This document shows positions 26,527 to 32,000 of a stretch of 32,000 nt of DNA, one piece after another. Position numbers and translations under genes: made by a program. Source of the DNA: Corynebacterium glutamicum ATCC 13032 (GTDB lineage: Bacteria > Actinomycetota > Actinomycetes > Mycobacteriales > Mycobacteriaceae); contig NC_003450.3 of the NCBI RefSeq assembly GCF_000011325.1, forward strand, positions 1,590,001 to 1,622,000. Direction: 5' to 3'. Position 1 is the stretch's first letter; every line of letters starts with the position of its first letter. Below the pieces are notes generated by a model. It saw only the letters and a list, made by a program, of their open reading frames with translations, was not told the DNA's origin and did not search any database.

Positions 26527-27303
26527 ATGGTGTTTTCTATGCATGACAAAGGTGAGACCCAGGAGAATCCTGCGGACATGTCAGGACGCCTAAACACACC
26601 AATTTCCACGGTCTTTCACTTCTTTAGCTCACTTTTCCATGACGCTCTGCGCAGTGTTGCCCAGTGGAGTGCGTGGAAGAAAATCGCTGTATCGGTTGTC
26701 ATCGTCGCAATTATTTCCGTAACTTTTCTTGTCGATGTCCCCCCGATTTCGGTTTATCGTGACTGGGCAAACAACGCCGGCGACGCTTTTGTCTTAGTTT
26801 TTTGCGCCTTTTATATCCTCATTACTCAGTTCCCTATCCCCCGCACAGTTCTCACACTGGCCTCCGGCGTGCTGTTCGGGCCGGTTCTTGGATCAGTCGT
26901 GGCGCTGGGTTCCACCACAGTGTCAGCGGTAATCTCGCTCCTCATTGTTCGGGGTCTGCTTGGCGATTGGATGGCGCCACGTTTAACGCACCCCGCAGTC
27001 TCACGCATCAATACCCGACTTGAGCAACGTGGATGGCTGGCGATTACCTCTTTAAGAATGATCGCCGCTATCCCCTTTTCCATCCTCAACTATGTTGCAG
27101 CCTTGACTAGCGTTCCTGTTTTTTCTTTTGCCATCGCTACCTTGATCGGATCTGCACCAGGAACCATCGTCACCGTCGTTTTGGGAGATGCAGTCACAGG
27201 TTCTGGAAACTGGACTGCCGTTGCATTCACGGTATTTTTAGCGATTTTGGGTGTTTTAGGTATCTTTTTAGATCAAAAGATGCCAGTCAAGCCTGGAAAG
27301 TAG
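26527..27303 (+). CDS. TVP38/TMEM64 (DedA-related, VTT domain) membrane protein
   Basis: Polytopic protein with FPIPRTVLTLASGVLFG and the re-entrant-loop-like SLRMIAAIPFSILNYVAA. The start could be 26527 or 26539. Confidence 0.8.
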   Translation: MVFSMHDKGETQENPADMSGRLNTPISTVFHFFSSLFHDALRSVAQWSAWKKIAVSVVIVAIISVTFLVDVPPISVYRDWANNAGDAFVLVFCAFYILITQFPIPRTVLTLASGVLFGPVLGSVVALGSTTVSAVISLLIVRGLLGDWMAPRLTHPAVSRINTRLEQRGWLAITSLRMIAAIPFSILNYVAALTSVPVFSFAIATLIGSAPGTIVTVVLGDAVTGSGNWTAVAFTVFLAILGVLGIFLDQKMPVKPGK

Positions 27304-27397
27304 ACAATATAAGGTAGGGTTGGAGAAGATTCTTTACTTCTTCACTCATTCGCCCTGACAGCGAATCCACTACAATAAACAAAGGGGGCAGCCACCC

Positions 27398-27997
27398 ATG
27401 TGGGCACTGCATGCCAGATACCGCGGCCGAGACACACGACGAGCCGAATTGGTTAAAAGATTTGCAGAAGCTTTGTCCACCCTCGAAGGTGCTGGCCAGT
27501 TTGAAGTCATTGGTGTCGAAGACATCCGAGCACACATCACCTCACCGTTAACCACATGTGATGTTGTCATGGCGCTACTCGCAGCTGGCGATTGGGCAAT
27601 CGGAATTGGTGTTATCCCCACCGTTGACGGAACAGTCGATGAATCGGATGAGGCCATCATCGAACAGGTAAAGAAAATTTCCTCTGATGCTCTGCGCCCC
27701 ACCGCCAAGGCGGGAACGGTCAAAGTTAGGATCGCCGGAACCAAACGGGACAATACTCAAGCCTTCAACATCTCCGCTGCATTCACGTTGATTGGGCAAG
27801 TTCTGTCAAAGCGCACCATCGAAGGACGCGAAGCCACCGCACTCGTCCGTTCTGGACTGAATCAAAATGAGGCAGCCCAAGAGCTCGGTATTTCCAAGCA
27901 GGCAATGTCGCAGCGATTGCAGGCGGCAGGTTGGCAGGCGGAATCTGCTGGTTGGCAATTGGCCGTAAACCTCATCGAGCAGGCTGGCAAGCGCTAG
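27398..27997 (+). CDS. Hypothetical DNA-binding protein with C-terminal HTH (SatD-like architecture, tentative)
   Basis: C-terminal LNQNEAAQELGISKQAMSQRLQAAGW is a clear HTH. RBS AAAGGGGG upstream. Confidence 0.7.
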   Translation: MWALHARYRGRDTRRAELVKRFAEALSTLEGAGQFEVIGVEDIRAHITSPLTTCDVVMALLAAGDWAIGIGVIPTVDGTVDESDEAIIEQVKKISSDALRPTAKAGTVKVRIAGTKRDNTQAFNISAAFTLIGQVLSKRTIEGREATALVRSGLNQNEAAQELGISKQAMSQRLQAAGWQAESAGWQLAVNLIEQAGKR

Positions 27998-28273
27998 CAG
28001 GCGATTTAAGAGCCTGAGTTTGTGAGATGAGCATGAGAGTATGGGTCGACTCATTTCAGGCGTTGAGAAGCGAATCTGAGAGGTTGAAATTCCCAAGCTC
28101 TGTGGCGGTTTTTCTCACGCCATGTGGCAGACCTCACCAGGTGACCGAAAATCGATCGACTGGCCAGTCTTCGGTCATATAGGACGGTTTTTAGAAACTA
28201 CACCAGCCAGATCGACTCGAACGAGCGGGATTTTAGGCCTGTTCTTCATCAACATGGTTGTTTAGACACAAAT

Positions 28274-28304
28274 AAGGCGGGAAACATCTAGTGTTTCCCG
28301 CCTT
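28274..28304. terminator. Hairpin AAGGCGGGAAACA / TGTTTCCCGCCTT next to the SPFH gene stop
   Basis: 13-bp perfect stem with a 5-nt loop. TTTTCTTA follows on the plus strand and TTATTTGTG on the minus strand. Confidence 0.7.
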
Positions 28305-28317
28305 TTCTTATGCCTGA

Positions 28318-29616
28318 TTAGTTTCCGTAAGGATTCTCTCGGTGTTGGTCGGAGTAATCTTCAGGGTTTGCCTGTGGTGCAGGGAATTCTTGGGCGAAGT
28401 TTGCGGTAGGAGGTGCTGCCTCAACCTCAGGTTGTGTAGTGGTTCCGTTTTGCAAAGCCTCCAATACTGCTTCAGGTTCAACGCGTCGTGCGGTCTTCTT
28501 GGAAAGGATCTCACCGGGTTCTGGATCGACTGGCTTGTTGGCCACGGCGTTTGCTGCGGCGACTGCTGCTGCGATTTCAGGGTCTGATTCGGTGGAGAAC
28601 CAGTCTTCCACGTTGTCGGCGTTTGCGATGTCGCGGGTTTCTTCATCCACGGTGTTTGGTTCGTAGCGGAAGACACCTTCTGCATCCTTTGCGCCGAACT
28701 GCTTCGCAAAACCTTCCAGAGAATCGGAGAACTGGCTTGGGATGACCCACATCTTGGAGGCGTTGCCCTCTGCGATCTTAGGAAGCTTTTCGAGGTATTG
28801 ATAAGCAAGAACCTCTGGGGTCAACTTGGCAGACTTGATTGCTGCGTTGACCTTTTGGATTGCTCGGGCTTCACCCTGCGCCTGGAGGTAGCGTGCTGCG
28901 CGTTCACCTTCGGCGCGCAGGATCATCGCTTGGCGTTCTGCTTCTGCGTTCAGGATGGATGCGTGCTTTTCACCCTCAGCTTGGAGGATCTTGGCTTGCT
29001 TTTCACCTTCGGCAGTTTTGATGTCGGCTTCGCGCTGACCTTCTGCGGTCAAAATGGTGGCGCGCTTTTCACGGTCTGCCTTCATCTGCTTTTCCATCGA
29101 TTGCTGGATGGATGGTGGCGGATCAATTGCCTTTAGTTCCACACGGCTGATGCGCAGGCCCCATTTGGTGGTTGCTGCATCGAGCTCGCCACGGAGGCGG
29201 CGGTTGATCACGTCACGTGAAGTGAGGGTTTCTTCCAGGGTCATGCCACCGACAACGTCTCGAAGTGTTGCTACAGAAATCTGCTCCACACCGACGATGT
29301 AGTTGTCCACGCCGTAGATGGCGCGCTCTGGTTCGTTGATTTGGAAGGTCACCACGATATCGATGGCCACGGTCAGGTTGTCTTGGGTAATAACAGCCTG
29401 CGGTGGGAATGAGACCACGCGCTCACGGGTGTCGATCCTTGCGCGTACTCGGTCCACGAATGGAACCAGCAGGGTCAGGCCACCTGAAACGGTGCGGGTG
29501 TAGCTACCAAGGCGTTCAATGACGGCGGCTTCACCCTGGGGAATCAGGGCTATGGACTTGATCACCACGACGGCGACAAAGACCAGGAAAACTATGGCGA
29601 GGATTAGTCCTGTCAT
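28318..29616 (-). CDS. SPFH/band-7 (stomatin/prohibitin-like) membrane protein with long Ala/Glu-rich and Pro-rich C-terminal tail
   Basis: N-terminal TM helix, then the SPFH core (IPQGEAAVIERLG...RDVVGGMTLEETLTSRD...WGLRISRVELKAIDPP) and an AEGE/AEAE-repeat coiled-coil region. Confidence 0.9.
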   Translation of the reverse strand: MTGLILAIVFLVFVAVVVIKSIALIPQGEAAVIERLGSYTRTVSGGLTLLVPFVDRVRARIDTRERVVSFPPQAVITQDNLTVAIDIVVTFQINEPERAIYGVDNYIVGVEQISVATLRDVVGGMTLEETLTSRDVINRRLRGELDAATTKWGLRISRVELKAIDPPPSIQQSMEKQMKADREKRATILTAEGQREADIKTAEGEKQAKILQAEGEKHASILNAEAERQAMILRAEGERAARYLQAQGEARAIQKVNAAIKSAKLTPEVLAYQYLEKLPKIAEGNASKMWVIPSQFSDSLEGFAKQFGAKDAEGVFRYEPNTVDEETRDIANADNVEDWFSTESDPEIAAAVAAANAVANKPVDPEPGEILSKKTARRVEPEAVLEALQNGTTTQPEVEAAPPTANFAQEFPAPQANPEDYSDQHRENPYGN

Positions 29617-29668
29617 CGTTACTCCAGTTTTAGTTGGGAATGGCCAGTACTATTTGATTGTTAAAAAT

Positions 29669-30106
29669 TTAGGCTTCTTTCCATACAATCGCGGTCGTGC
29701 CTTGGATATCAATGACACTGACAATTTCACCTTCCGCGAAGGTGTGTGTGGGATCCATGCTGCGGGCGGACCAAATTGAACCATCCAGGCGGACCTGCCC
29801 GCTGGTCGCTCCGACATCTTCGAGCACTTCAGCACGGTGGCCAACAAGTGCTCGTGGTGAAGAGTCCAGAACCTTTGGTTTCAGCAGACGCTTTCTAATG
29901 GCCGGCCTAATGAACATCAGTAGAGCAGCTGAGGCCACCGCGAAGGTGACAAATTCAGCCCATACTGGGACACCGATGAGTGCCACGCCGGCGGTTGCCA
30001 AAGCTGCACCGCCGAGCATCAATAAGGTGAACTCACCTACTGCCAATTCCAAGCCAGCAAGAACCAATGCTCCGATAAACCAAATTATTGCTCCCACGCA
30101 GGCCAC
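29669..30106 (-). CDS. NfeD-family membrane protein (145 aa)
   Basis: Two to three TM helices followed by a C-terminal OB-like soluble domain (GQVRLDGSIWSARS...GEIVSVIDIQGTTAIV). GTG start. It lies directly upstream of the SPFH gene, the classic NfeD-SPFH pairing. Confidence 0.8.
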   Translation of the reverse strand: MACVGAIIWFIGALVLAGLELAVGEFTLLMLGGAALATAGVALIGVPVWAEFVTFAVASAALLMFIRPAIRKRLLKPKVLDSSPRALVGHRAEVLEDVGATSGQVRLDGSIWSARSMDPTHTFAEGEIVSVIDIQGTTAIVWKEA

Positions 30107-30163
30107 CCTACATAATTTGGAAGGGCCAGGCAGGGCTCGCCACGCAAAAACACACCCGAAAAA

Positions 30164-31009
30164 TCAGGCGAGGACGTCCTCTTTACTCAAATCGAGGTTG
30201 GTCACAAAATCCACCAAACGTTCCACTGCCCCAATTAGGGTGTAGTCCAAATCGCGGAAGGAATTCACGGCGTTATACACACGGTGCCAGCCTTCTTTGG
30301 GGTCTGACCAGCCAACTCGTTTGCAGATGCCGGTTTTCCAATCCTCCCCGTATGGCACCTCAGGCCACGCCTTAAGCCCCAAACGCTCTGGTTTCACAGC
30401 AGCCCAAATATCGATGTAGGGGTGGCCGGTGACAGCGACATCCGCGGGTAGTGATTTAGTCATCCGAGTTTCTTTAGATCCCTCAACAAGGTGATCAGCG
30501 AGCACTCCGATGCGTCGTCCAGGCCCAGGCTGAAATTCCGCGAGACGTTCCTCCAGGTTGTCTAGACCTTCCAGGTACTCCACCACGACGCCCTCAACGC
30601 GAAGGTCGTGTCCCCACACTTTCTCCACGATGGCGGCGTCATGGATGCCTTCTACCCAGATGCGTGACGGCGCCGCGACCTTTGCTTGCGCGTTTTCTAC
30701 ACGCCTGGAACCAGAATTAGATTTACGTGGTGCTTGTTTTTCCACGAAACGGGTGAGGTTAACGATCTGCCCATCAATCATGAACGCACCCTTGCGCAGC
30801 TTGTACAGCGCATCGCGTCCGCGGCGGTCCTCGAGACGCACAAAATCACCATCGTAGGTGCGTTCAAAACCGGTCACAGCGCCGACGAAGCCATCTCCAC
30901 GAACTTCCACCACAAGGCCTGGTTTTGCGGGCACATCGGGATACTCCGGCTGCTTGTTGCGGGAGTGTCCACCAAAAATATTGCCTGCATAGGGGTCTGA
31001 AAAACTCAT
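30164..31009 (-). CDS. Conserved actinobacterial protein (DUF3097-like), 281 aa
   Basis: Complete ORF, co-directional with NfeD-SPFH. Family assignment is from memory of this conserved neighbourhood. The central segment IWVEGIHDAAIVEKVWG...GVLADHLVEGSKE is reminiscent of a Toprim-like fold. Confidence 0.75.
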   Translation of the reverse strand: MSFSDPYAGNIFGGHSRNKQPEYPDVPAKPGLVVEVRGDGFVGAVTGFERTYDGDFVRLEDRRGRDALYKLRKGAFMIDGQIVNLTRFVEKQAPRKSNSGSRRVENAQAKVAAPSRIWVEGIHDAAIVEKVWGHDLRVEGVVVEYLEGLDNLEERLAEFQPGPGRRIGVLADHLVEGSKETRMTKSLPADVAVTGHPYIDIWAAVKPERLGLKAWPEVPYGEDWKTGICKRVGWSDPKEGWHRVYNAVNSFRDLDYTLIGAVERLVDFVTNLDLSKEDVLA

Positions 31010-31055
31010 AGCTCACCACCCTAGTCAAAGCACTGCACTACACTTCCCTAACACT

Positions 31056-31841
31056 ATGGAAATTCGAGCAAACGTTTATTCACCGCTTCAAAATACTGCC
31101 GTCTGGCTAGGTGCGTGGCTCTATGAATTAGTGCCCACCGAAGATGTCATCGATGCGTTCGTCGATCTCGGCGGCCCGCACACCTTCGGCGACGGCGGGC
31201 TGCTCGATATGCTGCGAACTTTAAAAGAATTAACAAGCACGCTTATCGACGCCCCCTTCCACGGTCCGATTTTAACTCTCGCACTCAGCGGCCCAGGCCA
31301 AGTGCCGGCGTTGCCGGCAGGTTCACGCGCTGCGGTCTTGGCCTCCGCCTCGAAGGAGGGGGCGTTGGTGCTGGGCGGCGTCGATAAGCAGCATTCTTGG
31401 GCGCTTATTCCTACGCGCGGTAAGGATGCCACTGAGTGGAATTTGGTGGAGGTGGAGGGCTTTTTGCCGGCGATTGCGACTGTCTCGCCCGGTGAGGCGG
31501 ATCAGCTGCTCCGTCAGGCGACAGATCAGGCGGCAAATATCATTGAGTTAAGTGGCTACGCTTCACTTGCGCCGAAATCTTTGAAGAATCCGCGACTAAC
31601 CGTGGGCATGCTGTCAGATTTTTACGACACCCCGGGGCTTCCCTATGCAGTCCCAGAGAGGTCGGCGAAGCTTTTTGCGCGCGCAGATCGCGTGGCTGCC
31701 ATCGCAGAGACCGTGCAGGAAACCATCGGCGATCACAGCCTGGATCCACAGTTGATTTTCCTGTGGAGCCATATTCGGACCGCGCGCATGGCTGGGGTGA
31801 GTTATGCCCTCGCAGAGTTTGCGAGGGACTATCACTCCTAG
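31056..31841 (+). CDS. Conserved hypothetical protein (261 aa)
   Basis: Complete ORF, divergent from the DUF3097-like gene across a 46-bp gap. No obvious RBS, so the start is uncertain. Confidence 0.65.
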   Translation: MEIRANVYSPLQNTAVWLGAWLYELVPTEDVIDAFVDLGGPHTFGDGGLLDMLRTLKELTSTLIDAPFHGPILTLALSGPGQVPALPAGSRAAVLASASKEGALVLGGVDKQHSWALIPTRGKDATEWNLVEVEGFLPAIATVSPGEADQLLRQATDQAANIIELSGYASLAPKSLKNPRLTVGMLSDFYDTPGLPYAVPERSAKLFARADRVAAIAETVQETIGDHSLDPQLIFLWSHIRTARMAGVSYALAEFARDYHS

Positions 31842-32000
31842 TTGGCAGCTGGCGCCGCTGAGCGAGCGTTGGGGTTCACCCGCGCGGTTTTATGCTTGGC
31901 GGTACCACAGCAGCCGTCGCCACACGGTGCGCCGTTGACGGAACTTCCGCGTGCTGGCAGCTTTCCAAGGCGCTCGATAACGCGCTTGAGCTCTGCCTCC
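31838..32000 (-). CDS. hemH: Ferrochelatase, C-terminal end (gene continues beyond window end)
   Basis: The reverse-strand translation reads ...[52 protein letters not shown]. The Cys cluster CGDGCC fits the [2Fe-2S]-binding C-terminus of actinobacterial ferrochelatases. The assignment also rests on remembered synteny. Confidence 0.7.
   Translation of the reverse strand, partial: EAELKRVIERLGKLPARGSSVNGAPCGDGCCGTAKHKTARVNPNARSAAPAAN

Noticed and set aside
28308-29302. Overlapping ORFs in other frames of the SPFH gene (166 aa minus strand; several on the plus strand)
   Set aside because: The SPFH frame has a clear domain signature. The alternatives are repetitive Ser/Pro/Gln or Cys/Leu/Arg strings generated by the Ala/Glu-repeat coding region.
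1-32000. CRISPR arrays, rRNA genes, or multi-copy short repeats
   Set aside because: Scanning the intergenic regions by eye, I saw no regularly spaced direct repeats and no rRNA-like sequence. The only tandem repeat is the tRNA-Leu duplication.

Overview
High-GC actinobacterial chromosome segment. From the protein sequences I recognise it as the Corynebacterium glutamicum (ATCC 13032-like) metH - ars1 - mshC - uppP - pyrD ... mcmAB/meaB ... hemH region; ArsR has Cys15/Cys16/Cys55 and ArsC1' has Cys88/162/166, which I counted in the translations. Left to right: (1) 5' part of metH (minus, runs off the window). (2) The arsenic locus: divergent arsR1 plus a translationally coupled flavin monooxygenase on one side, and acr3-arsC1-arsC1' on the other. 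(3) mshC with a small acidic protein gene. (4) uppP, an aldo/keto reductase, a lipoprotein and pyrD. (5) An AT-rich orphan gene next to a two-ORF IS3-type insertion sequence. (6) A co-directional cluster of two half-size ABC exporter genes, a PEBP/YbhB gene and a small membrane protein gene. (7) Two identical tandem tRNA-Leu(GAG) genes. (8) An orphan gene and a GNAT acetyltransferase. (9) The mcmA-mcmB-meaB methylmalonyl-CoA mutase operon. (10) A TVP38/DedA-like membrane protein, an HTH protein, NfeD-SPFH, a DUF3097-like protein, a hypothetical protein, and the 3' end of hemH. I found no CRISPR array, rRNA, riboswitch or recognisable defence system. The observations most worth a second look are these. 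The ABC pair has perfectly complementary motif degeneration, including complete loss of the P-loop in one chain, and it sits in an apparent operon with a PEBP protein. The IS has an atypically long, internally duplicated, proline-rich OrfA and more than 100 bp of colinear inverted-similarity blocks at its flanks. An uncharacterised FMO-type gene is start/stop-coupled to arsR1. Most of the window is ordinary core genome, and I do not claim a clearly novel system.
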